Shown here: positions 23,664 through 31,739 of the stretch, in pieces | How positions within the stretch are numbered: the stretch's first letter is position 1 | Layout: each line of letters begins with the position of its first letter | Source of the DNA: a virus | Lineage: Duplodnaviria; Caudoviricetes | DNA: 37,038 nt | Virus record (IMG/VR): IMGVR_UViG_3300017780_001057 | Span: 1 to 37,038 of that record | Direction: 5' to 3' (one strand) | The notes under the pieces: model-generated | The model's input: the letters and a program-made list of their open reading frames with translations, nothing else | Told to the model about the DNA's origin: nothing | The model's database searches: none | Made by a program: the position numbers and the translations under genes

Positions 23664-25973
23664 TCACCCTTCCAACTGCGCTACGCGGGCTTCAAGTTCT
23701 TGCACCGCTTTAACCAAAGCCGCGATAATTGGGCGGTCGTTCAAGCCGATATACGTCGTGTCATTGCCGCCAGCGTCGGTGTTTTGTTCTTCAACATAGG
23801 CTTGCGGGATATGGTCTTTGACTTCCTGCGCGATGAAGCCAAGCTGTTTAGGGGCTTCGACGCCGTCCGTTTCCATGCGGAACAGCGTGGGCTTGAGCGC
23901 CTTAATAGCGTCAAGGCCGACCGAAGAAGGCTCTAAGTCTTTCTTCTTCGCTGCATCCGACAGCGCCGTATACGCACCCGTTGATGCGTTGATCGACGCG
24001 ATGTTCCCCGCCGCAGGGTTATAAAGATAGATCGTGCCGCCGGTTGTATACCAGCCATACCAATCAGCACCCGGCGATGGCGCAGCAGATCGGTTAGCCC
24101 AAAACAAACCTGCCGCAGAGCCAGTCGACATGATGTCGCCATTGGCTTCAAGCGTATGATTTAGCGACGCCCCAGATACAGTGTTCGTGTTGATCAGGAC
24201 TTGGTTATTGCTGCTAATGTTTAGCCCAGCCGTGCCAAGCCCAACGCCTTGCTGAATGTTAAATACGTTTGCAGCCGTGACGCCATACGAATACCACTGC
24301 TCCGTTCCTCCGCCATTTTTAGAGGCAACGATGTTTAAGGCATCGGTGCTGTTGCTGTTAACCGACATTTGCGACAATCGGCCATTACCGCCGTACACCT
24401 GACTAATATGCAATGACGCATCTGCCGCGCCGCCAATACTAACAACGCCACGGCTGTCTATATTTGCAACAGGGCTTGTCGTTCCGATACCAAGGCGGTT
24501 GTTGGTGTTGTCCCAAAAAAAGTTTGCATTCTTCTGTGAGTAAACGCCTGACGCGCCCGCGAACACGACAGACCCGGCGGTAAATGTCGTAGCCGTGCCA
24601 GTGCCGCCATTGCCAACCGGCAATGTGCCCGTGACTTGGCTCGTAAGGTTGACGCCCGACAGCGTGCCGCCCAGCGTCAGGGAGCCGCTGCTGGTCACGG
24701 TCCCGGTCAGCGTGATACCATTGACAGTACCTGTACCGCTGACGCTCGTCACGGTGCCGACGTACTGGTCGTTCGACGTTATCGTGAAGTTGGGGTACGT
24801 CCCTGTAACGACCGTCGTGCCCGCGCCGGTCAGGCTGACGATCTGATCCGGGGCGGTGTTGGTGATCGTAAACGACGGGTAAGTGCCGCTAATGGAAATG
24901 CCCGTGCCAGCCGTCAGGCTGACAATTTGATCCGGTGCGGTGTTTGTAATCGTGATGGCACCAGCACCGTTCGTGATGCTGATAGACGTTCCTGCGGTCA
25001 GCGTTGCTGCTTCCCAGCGAGACTGCGGTCCATCACCAATCAGGATTTGCCCATTGGATATAGGTGATGGCGCATAAACGTCCGTCAAGCCTTGCAGATA
25101 AGGCTCCGCCTGAATGCGAACCGACAGTGAACCAGAGCCGCCAGAGCCAGCGTTTGTCACTGCCGCCACAACAACCTTTGGTAGTGGAGCAATAGGTTCT
25201 ACCTTGGTCAGGCCACCAGTATAGGCAGGATTGTAATAGAGAATGTCGCCATCCACCCAAGTCTCGCCGACGGACGAACCTGTTGTGTTTATGCCGCGCA
25301 CAGTCCCAAAGCTGGTGATATAGCCAAAGCCATTGTTGGCGATGTCCATCGTCGCTACGCCCATGATATACTGGGGATTTGTGACGCCGGTGGAAGGCTT
25401 GCCCTTCAGCACACCAGACGCGCCGACAGCACCATCGAACATGACGCACTGGCCTTTAGTGATGGCAGCGGACGCTTTGATGCGGAAATACTGGTCCAAG
25501 CCAACGTGCTGCACAACGGCATCATATCCCATTCCGAGATAGAGCGTGCCGTCTTCACTATTCCATGACGTTACGCCGGGGGCTGAAACCACCGGCGGGG
25601 ATGGCAGCGTTGAGTATCCAATAAAGCGGACGTTATCTTGCTGTACGGACGCCATCGTACCCAACGGCGGCTGGGGGCTAACCCCAAAAGCCTGCGCCAG
25701 ATTATCTACTTTGAAATCTAAAGATGCTACCGCTGCCGGTGCGTCAGGCGCGTTTTGCACTTCTTGCGTCAGCGACGCCAACATGGCGTCATAGGTTGCC
25801 AACAGTGAGTTGGTGTCAGGCTGCGCGTCGGCAGCAGCAGACGTTGCCTGCGTTGATGTCAGCAGCGACAGGAAGAACCGATACCATTCGCGGCTGATGG
25901 CGCCTGTGCGCTCATCAATGACCGCAACGCGCGGCGGTGTAAGCTGTGTGGGATTAGGGGGTGCCGAAGCCAT
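23664..25973 (-). CDS. Tail fibre with C-terminal S74 intramolecular chaperone
   Basis: G/T-rich repeats, GTLPVGNGGTG, NNRLGIGT, SDAAKK, GFIAQEV, LVKAVQEL. Confidence 0.88.
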   Translation of the reverse strand: MASAPPNPTQLTPPRVAVIDERTGAISREWYRFFLSLLTSTQATSAAADAQPDTNSLLATYDAMLASLTQEVQNAPDAPAAVASLDFKVDNLAQAFGVSPQPPLGTMASVQQDNVRFIGYSTLPSPPVVSAPGVTSWNSEDGTLYLGMGYDAVVQHVGLDQYFRIKASAAITKGQCVMFDGAVGASGVLKGKPSTGVTNPQYIMGVATMDIANNGFGYITSFGTVRGINTTGSSVGETWVDGDILYYNPAYTGGLTKVEPIAPLPKVVVAAVTNAGSGGSGSLSVRIQAEPYLQGLTDVYAPSPISNGQILIGDGPQSRWEAATLTAGTSISITNGAGAITITNTAPDQIVSLTAGTGISISGTYPSFTITNTAPDQIVSLTGAGTTVVTGTYPNFTITSNDQYVGTVTSVSGTGTVNGITLTGTVTSSGSLTLGGTLSGVNLTSQVTGTLPVGNGGTGTATTFTAGSVVFAGASGVYSQKNANFFWDNTNNRLGIGTTSPVANIDSRGVVSIGGAADASLHISQVYGGNGRLSQMSVNSNSTDALNIVASKNGGGTEQWYSYGVTAANVFNIQQGVGLGTAGLNISSNNQVLINTNTVSGASLNHTLEANGDIMSTGSAAGLFWANRSAAPSPGADWYGWYTTGGTIYLYNPAAGNIASINASTGAYTALSDAAKKKDLEPSSVGLDAIKALKPTLFRMETDGVEAPKQLGFIAQEVKDHIPQAYVEEQNTDAGGNDTTYIGLNDRPIIAALVKAVQELEARVAQLEG
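24766..25003. repeat. ~84-bp (28-aa) repeats in tail fibre
   Basis: ITNTAPDQIVSLT twice; GTYP(S/N)FTIT twice. Confidence 0.8.
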
Positions 25974-27415
25974 TAGGCGCGTGTCCCAGACAGCAACAGT
26001 TCTGCGCCCATGATGTAAATGCGCACAGGATCAGTGCCGGACAACTCATAGACGCGGTCGCGGATTTTCATGGTCGCGCCAAGACGCCGCCAGATCGTGC
26101 GCTTACCGAATTGACCGATGCGTCCCATCGACTTCCAATGTTCGTTGGACCATGTGTGGCCGCCATCGTCGGACCAGCGCAGCATGACCTGCGGATCGCT
26201 GCCTTGGCCTGTGACTAGACCGACACCTGTTTCGCAATCCAACTGCATGGAATGCTGGATCGTGCGGGCCAGCGTGTTAGCGCCGGTCGGCAGCGCGCGC
26301 CAAGACCGCAACCACTTTTGGGGCTGACCGTTGTCGGCGTAAACTTCCAGATCAAACGTGTAGATGTTGCCGTTCTGGTAATCGCCGACGACGATGTTGC
26401 CGTCAAAATTGCACATGTTGTTAGCGCGGTGACGGGTGAACTGGCCGTTCTCAAACCCTGCGCGCTCATGCCATGCGCCAGTGGCGACATCGTATACCCA
26501 ACTTGTGTTGGCCGACGGGAAGTTGAGCACATAGAAGCTGTGCCCGTCCTGCTGGTAGGTGTAGCCTGTCGCGGCTTCCATGTTGCCGTACTCTTGCATC
26601 TGCCATTCAATGGCGTGCGTAGAGATGCGCTGGCCGATATACCCAGAAGCCCGATAGACGATGCCCTGACCGCGGGCGTCTTGGCCCAGCCAGTAAATTT
26701 GGTTGTCCATCTTGGCGACGGAATAGGGAGCCGCGCAGCCAAGTTCGTTAAACGCGCCTTGGATGCGGACCAGCGGAAAATCGGTAAGCCCTGCGTTGTA
26801 CCAGACTTCGGTCGTGTCTGTGCCAAACACCCACAGTTCGCGGTGGTCGGTTAGCACAGCCACAACGCCGTCGGGCGAACCTTCAGCACTGGCAAAGTCC
26901 AGCGGATCGACGCTGGTGCCGTCCAGCAACTGCGTGACCCAAATCTTTTGGCTGTTGGGTTCGTTGAACACGAAATAGCCGTCGAGGTACGACACCGTCG
27001 CCGCGCCGGGGAAGTCGGGATCGGTGATTTGCTGAAAAACGCCTGTGACTTCGTTATAGATGAAGCCGTCAGGATCAGCGGCAAAGAAAAGCTGCGTGCC
27101 GTTATCGGCAATCGAAACAGGGCCAGTGCCGCTGATGTTGCCGATAAACTGCGGTGCGTTGGTCAAGCCGGTCAGCTTATAGAGTTCGTTGCCCGACACG
27201 ACGTAAAAGTCTTCACCGTTGGTCTGATGCGACCAAAGCCCACGGATGGGGCCAGTGCCGATTGTCTGCTGGAATTGAAGCCCCGGCGCACGCTGAAGGA
27301 ACGCTGGTTCCTTGCCGCCTTCAGGGACGACTTCAGGAAACAGATTGACCATGCGGTTATCGGCGGCGTTGACGCTTCGGGCGACATACGCCGACCCAAG
27401 GATCGGCGTCTTCAT
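25973..27415 (-). CDS. Tail hub / DNA stabilisation protein, P22 gp10-like
   Basis: FASAEGSPD, GCAAPYS, WSDDGGHTW, WRRLG..RDRV. Confidence 0.9.
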   Translation of the reverse strand: MKTPILGSAYVARSVNAADNRMVNLFPEVVPEGGKEPAFLQRAPGLQFQQTIGTGPIRGLWSHQTNGEDFYVVSGNELYKLTGLTNAPQFIGNISGTGPVSIADNGTQLFFAADPDGFIYNEVTGVFQQITDPDFPGAATVSYLDGYFVFNEPNSQKIWVTQLLDGTSVDPLDFASAEGSPDGVVAVLTDHRELWVFGTDTTEVWYNAGLTDFPLVRIQGAFNELGCAAPYSVAKMDNQIYWLGQDARGQGIVYRASGYIGQRISTHAIEWQMQEYGNMEAATGYTYQQDGHSFYVLNFPSANTSWVYDVATGAWHERAGFENGQFTRHRANNMCNFDGNIVVGDYQNGNIYTFDLEVYADNGQPQKWLRSWRALPTGANTLARTIQHSMQLDCETGVGLVTGQGSDPQVMLRWSDDGGHTWSNEHWKSMGRIGQFGKRTIWRRLGATMKIRDRVYELSGTDPVRIYIMGAELLLSGTRA

Positions 27416-28125
27416 CAGTAATTACCCGCGTAGATGTTGTACCGCTGGCGAGACGCGACGATGCTGTATGGCATCGACATGATGTCGTCAGGGTTGTTGA
27501 TGCGCTTGAGGTTGCGCTTGGATGTCATGGCGATGCGCGATACCTGCGGGCTTGGCTCAACGCCAAACTCAGGTGCCATTTCACACGCCAGATTATAGCG
27601 GAACGCCCGCAGATAGCCGGGCGGGAAAGTCAAATCCGTCGCAAGATTGGCGGGCGTTGTAAGTTCTTCAACGGAAATAAAATGCCATTCCAGATCGCGG
27701 GTCGGGCGCGGATAGACAAACATTTCGGCGTTGGGGTACGTCATGTTGACGAAGATAACCTGCGGGAATGTAGACGTTACGGTCTTGACCGCGATGCCGT
27801 CATACTGCTGCTGGTTAATGAATTTGATGCCGTAGCTGACGCCCGTGCCGGGGTCTTTGAAATACGTCGCGTCGTCAAACAAAATAGGGCGGTTGCCGAC
27901 AAAGTCGCCAGACGGCCCAAGCGTGTGCGACAACTGACCGGCAGGCCATGTAAACACTTGATCTTGCGTGGAAAAAACCGACAGCCGCTCTGTGTTCCAG
28001 CTATCAATCATTTGGTTCATTGCGGTCAGCGCGTCTTGCGACGTTTCTGACGAAGGAACTTCGCCTTCGGCCAGAACGCCTAACAGCCGCAGCGAACCAT
28101 TGATGATGTCCCCGGCTGTCGTCAT
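27415..28125 (-). CDS. Head-to-tail adaptor, P22 gp4-like
   Basis: TAGDII..SLRLLGV, AMNQMIDSW, YNLA.E.APEFG. Confidence 0.8.
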   Translation of the reverse strand: MTTAGDIINGSLRLLGVLAEGEVPSSETSQDALTAMNQMIDSWNTERLSVFSTQDQVFTWPAGQLSHTLGPSGDFVGNRPILFDDATYFKDPGTGVSYGIKFINQQQYDGIAVKTVTSTFPQVIFVNMTYPNAEMFVYPRPTRDLEWHFISVEELTTPANLATDLTFPPGYLRAFRYNLACEMAPEFGVEPSPQVSRIAMTSKRNLKRINNPDDIMSMPYSIVASRQRYNIYAGNY

Positions 28126-28128
28126 CGG

Positions 28129-28326
28129 TTAACCTTCCTGCGCTACTCGACGGCGCCCGCTGGTTTGCGGCGCCAAAGTGTTAACAGCTTCTTCTTCATC
28201 TTCTTCAGAAGCTGGTTCGTCGGGATCATAGCGCATCCAGCCATACATTTCATCAGAAATCGCTTCGTCTTCCGAAATGGCGACTTTGGCCCCGTGCTTT
28301 TCGTGAACCATGTAAATGACAGCCAT
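28129..28326 (-). CDS. Hypothetical late protein (65 aa)
   Basis: AAGGA RBS; H.KHG.KVA..E.E...DE..GW. Confidence 0.8.
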   Translation of the reverse strand: MAVIYMVHEKHGAKVAISEDEAISDEMYGWMRYDPDEPASEEDEEEAVNTLAPQTSGRRRVAQEG

Positions 28327-28337
28327 AAAAAATCCTT

Positions 28338-28364
28338 AAAATGGACGGCCCGAAAGCCGTCCAT
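28338..28364 (-). terminator. Probable intrinsic terminator after head genes
   Basis: ATGGACGGC-TTTCGG-GCCGTCCAT followed by TTT on - strand. Confidence 0.65.
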
Positions 28365-28368
28365 CATA

Positions 28369-28653
28369 TTAGCTGATCGCCATAAACTGCCACTTAGTGC
28401 CGTCTGCGTAGAACAGCTTGCCACGGCCAGTTGCGTTGGTTGTGATACCAAGCGAACCGACAGGAGCCGAAGTGGTGGTTGAGTTAGCGGTGATCGCTGT
28501 GCTGAGAATGTAAACGCCTGCGTTCGCGTTAGACGCGACTGCACCGCTGGACGCCGTCGAAACAACGCTACCGGCGCTCATAGCACCAGTTACGGAAACG
28601 CTTTCAAACTCTGGGTCAGCGTAAGCAACGCCGACTGCTTTGGTGTTAGGCAT
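28369..28653 (-). CDS. Putative capsid decoration protein, paralogue 2
   Basis: Start MPNTK after GGAGG; C-terminal half shared with 28704-28955. Confidence 0.75.
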   Translation of the reverse strand: MPNTKAVGVAYADPEFESVSVTGAMSAGSVVSTASSGAVASNANAGVYILSTAITANSTTTSAPVGSLGITTNATGRGKLFYADGTKWQFMAIS

Positions 28654-28672
28654 AGTAACCTCCAAGAGAATT

Positions 28673-28696
28673 GGCCCCCGCCGTTAAGCGGGGGCC
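28673..28696 (-). other. GC hairpin between decoration paralogues
   Basis: GGCCCCCGC/GCGGGGGCC. Confidence 0.7.
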
Positions 28697-28703
28697 GTGT
28701 AGA

Positions 28704-28955
28704 TTACGAAACCGCGCCGTACTGCCACTTGGTGCCGTCCGAGTAGAACAGCTTGCCAAGGCCAGTGGCGTTGGTGGTCATGCCGAACGAACCCGCCGGT
28801 GCATCGGTTGTGGTCGAGTTAGCTGTGATCGCGGTTGTCAGGAAGTAAATCCCTGCGCCCGACGAAAAGGTCAGTGTCGAACCGCCGAGCAGCTTGGCTG
28901 CGTCAACGTTACCATCCGAAACCTGATAGGCGGAACCGCCGTTAGGAAGAGCCAT
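28704..28955 (-). CDS. Putative capsid decoration protein, paralogue 1
   Basis: MALPNGG..YQV.DGN start directly after coat gene. Confidence 0.8.
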   Translation of the reverse strand: MALPNGGSAYQVSDGNVDAAKLLGGSTLTFSSGAGIYFLTTAITANSTTTDAPAGSFGMTTNATGLGKLFYSDGTKWQYGAVS

Positions 28956-28977
28956 GATAATAGTCCTTTTATAAGTT

Positions 28978-29000
28978 GGCCCCGACTTAAAGCCGGGGCC
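28978..29000 (-). other. GC hairpin after coat gene
   Basis: GGCCCCG/CGGGGCC. Confidence 0.7.
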
Positions 29001-29009
29001 GGTACTAGA

Positions 29010-30218
29010 TTAACCCCAGAGACGGCAAGCCATCTGCGGACGGATCGTGCTGTAGCCGTACAGAACGTCAATACGGCAAGGCATACGGTCGTTGTTGATG
29101 TCGTACTGACGAACAACGCGCAAGCTGATGCCGTTGTGCACCTGACGCGAAGCCATATCCACGCCCTGCGGCATGAGAAGGTCGGCGGTTGCGAAGGTGA
29201 TGGCGTCCTTGTGGTAGACGAGGTTCTGCGCGTACTGCGAAGAAGCCGCACCGACAAACACGATAGCTTTGCTGTTGCCCGGAAGGGCGTTGACAGTGGC
29301 AAGTGCATGGCTGGCCGAGTAGATCGGAGCAACCGTGATGCTGCCAGCGCCAGAGCCGTTGAGCGTGACATCAGCCAGCGCAACGAACTGGAACAGCGAA
29401 CCTGTGCTTTCACGGGTCTGCGGGTTGACGGCATAGCAGTCAGCAACCGTGAACACGTCGCCAGCCTTGACAGTGGCGTTAGCGCCAGCGCCAGTGATGG
29501 CAACAGCCGTTGCGCCTTCCGACGTGATAGCAGCCGAAGTCGTGCCGCCGGTCGCTGTACGCGAACCAGTGGTGAACTGCTTGATCGACTGAGACATATT
29601 GATTTCGTCGAAACCAAGGACGCCCGTGCCCATCATGCCGTTCTTGAACTGCTTGCTGACAGTGTCGGTCGGATTGAACAGACCCTTCATGCCTTCAACC
29701 AGACCAGCGTTGGCAGCCGGGTTAACCGTTGCGTAGCGCGGCGACATGACAGCGGCGTTTTCGTTCAGCTTCTGCTGCGCCTGCAACAGAACCAGCGACG
29801 AAGCCGGGGTCGTGCCGGGCGTGCCGACAGAGTTACCGATGGTGGCAAAAGCGTTAGCAACGTCAGCGTCGATGCTGGACGCAAGCTGCGAAATACGCGG
29901 CTTGAGAACGCGCTCGGCAAAGTCGTCCAACTGCATCGTCAATTCGGCGGACGTGAAGTTCACGCCGATGTGCTTCTGGTTGGCAACGGTCAGCGTTGTG
30001 AACTGTTCGTTGTCATCCTGCACCTGAAGGGCAGCGCCGTCGGTGACGAGAGCACGGTCAGGCAGACGGATGCGGAGGGTGGAGCCGATCTTGGCACCTT
30101 CGACGGCAAAGCTGTCGTCGTACTGGCGGTTGACGTTGCGCGTGAGCACGAGGTTGTTCTCGAGAATTTCGAGAGCCTTCCGCGTGATCATGTCAATAGT
30201 AAGAATTGAGTTAGACAT
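29010..30218 (-). CDS. Major capsid protein (P22 coat family)
   Basis: MSNSILT...I, KIGSTLRIRLP, KAGDVFT, RIDVLYG. Confidence 0.95.
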   Translation of the reverse strand: MSNSILTIDMITRKALEILENNLVLTRNVNRQYDDSFAVEGAKIGSTLRIRLPDRALVTDGAALQVQDDNEQFTTLTVANQKHIGVNFTSAELTMQLDDFAERVLKPRISQLASSIDADVANAFATIGNSVGTPGTTPASSLVLLQAQQKLNENAAVMSPRYATVNPAANAGLVEGMKGLFNPTDTVSKQFKNGMMGTGVLGFDEINMSQSIKQFTTGSRTATGGTTSAAITSEGATAVAITGAGANATVKAGDVFTVADCYAVNPQTRESTGSLFQFVALADVTLNGSGAGSITVAPIYSASHALATVNALPGNSKAIVFVGAASSQYAQNLVYHKDAITFATADLLMPQGVDMASRQVHNGISLRVVRQYDINNDRMPCRIDVLYGYSTIRPQMACRLWG

Positions 30219-30233
30219 GGTTAAAATCCCAAA

Positions 30234-31028
30234 TTAGCGGTTACGTTGTGCCTCGTACTTCTTGATCTGCCGTAGCCTTTCCGCTTCGATCCATTCCGAC
30301 GTGGTCATCGACTTAGTCGAACGAGGGTCGGTGGTATCATACGACGGCGTGCCATTGGCACGGGGCGTGACAGGTGCAATCGGTGCCGGGGCGGTTGAAG
30401 TCTTTCTAACCGGCGGATTTGAGGACAGTGAAGCCTCAATCTTTCCGATTTCTTTTCCTTGCAAGATTGGATGCAGTCGGGAAATGCGTTCCGCTTCTTT
30501 GGGGTTGGAACCGAGCCAATAAAGGAGATCGGGACCAACATCAGAGGATTGGATGCCTTGCGCCATGTATTCCGTGACGGGAAGGTTGGGGTTGTACGCG
30601 ACTTGGTCGAAGTCATCGTATTTATCCCGCGCTGTCTCTTCACGTTCATGGTACTGCTCGACCAAAGCCTGCTGATACTGACGGGTTTCCCGCTGTTTCA
30701 GCAATTCTTCCGCTTTACGCTCTGCCAAGGCTTCGGCGTAATCTTCGTAAGTATCAAACTGCTCTGGGACGATGTCTGCAACAGGCGTTGCCTGTTTACG
30801 AGACTGCATCTCTTCGAGCCGTTGGGCCTGTTCGCGCTCCCATTTGCGCTGCTCTCTTGCGAGACGCTTGCCAACAATTGCATCAAGTTCTTCTTGTGTG
30901 AAGGACTTGGATGCTTCCTGTTCGACAGGCTGCTCTTCCGGCGTCGTGTTTTCTTCAGGCTGGATTGCTGCCGTGGCTTCCAGTTCTGGCGCGGGCACTT
31001 CCGCTTGGTTAGGGACTGTTTCGTCCAT
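30234..31028 (-). CDS. Scaffolding protein
   Basis: Acidic coiled coil, FTQEELDAIV.KRL, APAPI.P, M..SEW...R; upstream of coat. Confidence 0.88.
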   Translation of the reverse strand: MDETVPNQAEVPAPELEATAAIQPEENTTPEEQPVEQEASKSFTQEELDAIVGKRLAREQRKWEREQAQRLEEMQSRKQATPVADIVPEQFDTYEDYAEALAERKAEELLKQRETRQYQQALVEQYHEREETARDKYDDFDQVAYNPNLPVTEYMAQGIQSSDVGPDLLYWLGSNPKEAERISRLHPILQGKEIGKIEASLSSNPPVRKTSTAPAPIAPVTPRANGTPSYDTTDPRSTKSMTTSEWIEAERLRQIKKYEAQRNR

Positions 31029-31084
31029 GTTTAACTCCTAAGAGTTCCCGGTGAGCCTCGCCGGTACGGTTTTTCGAGCCTTAA

Positions 31085-31363
31085 TTACTCGTAAAAGATA
31101 GAAGCTACTGGGTTTGTGCCGCCGAGAACGACGTACAAACCTTTGCTAAAATATACGCCACCTTCATCGCCCGTCAAGGCGTAGAGGCCCGGCGACGCGG
31201 CAGTGAACTGCGCGATGATCACCGGATCGCTGGTGGATGCTGTGGCGCTATCGTAGATAGCGACCGTGGGGCTGGTCCCTGAAGACACAAAAATGCTCTT
31301 CAGCTTGCCTGCGCCAACCTTCACCTGTGCGGTTGCGCTAATCTTTGAATATAATGCAGCCAT
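31085..31363 (-). CDS. Small beta-rich protein, probably virion
   Basis: VK.G.GKL..IFVSS, F.KGLYV. Confidence 0.75.
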   Translation of the reverse strand: MAALYSKISATAQVKVGAGKLKSIFVSSGTSPTVAIYDSATASTSDPVIIAQFTAASPGLYALTGDEGGVYFSKGLYVVLGGTNPVASIFYE

Positions 31364-31373
31364 GATACGTCCT

Positions 31374-31739
31374 TTATGCCAAAAACTTCAGCTTATACAG
31401 CGTCGAGTAATACTGCCCGACAATCTCGTCGATGATATTCTGAAGCGGTGTGCATTCCTTATCGACGACATCATAGCGCACTTTTTCGATTTCGTCAGCC
31501 TGATCCTGCAAAAATTCTACGACATTGCTGGTTTTCTTGGCGGACATGAGCGCAATCGGGCCAATCAGGCCGTATTTGCCTTGGTAGGCTTCGGCAAATT
31601 TGTCGGATAATTTGACGATAGCTCTGTAAAATTCGTTGAGCGCAACGTGCTTGGCGTAGCTGCGCGTGTTCAGATGCACCGAATGCGTGACATCCCGCGC
31701 CAGAAAGAACATACCTACAAATTCAGCGCATTTCATCAC
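31374..31739 (-). CDS. Ferritin/Dps-like four-helix protein (DUF5856-like)
   Basis: H..HLNT.SYAKH.AL.EFY, D..AEAYQG, NIIDEI, YKLKFL. Confidence 0.8.
   Translation of the reverse strand: MMKCAEFVGMFFLARDVTHSVHLNTRSYAKHVALNEFYRAIVKLSDKFAEAYQGKYGLIGPIALMSAKKTSNVVEFLQDQADEIEKVRYDVVDKECTPLQNIIDEIVGQYYSTLYKLKFLA

Noticed and set aside
28369-28955. Diversity-generating retroelement TR/VR pair
   Set aside because: Both copies are coding, differences are not adenine-specific, and there is no reverse transcriptase
28671-30209. 512-aa + strand ORF
   Set aside because: Antisense shadow of the coat gene; no motifs
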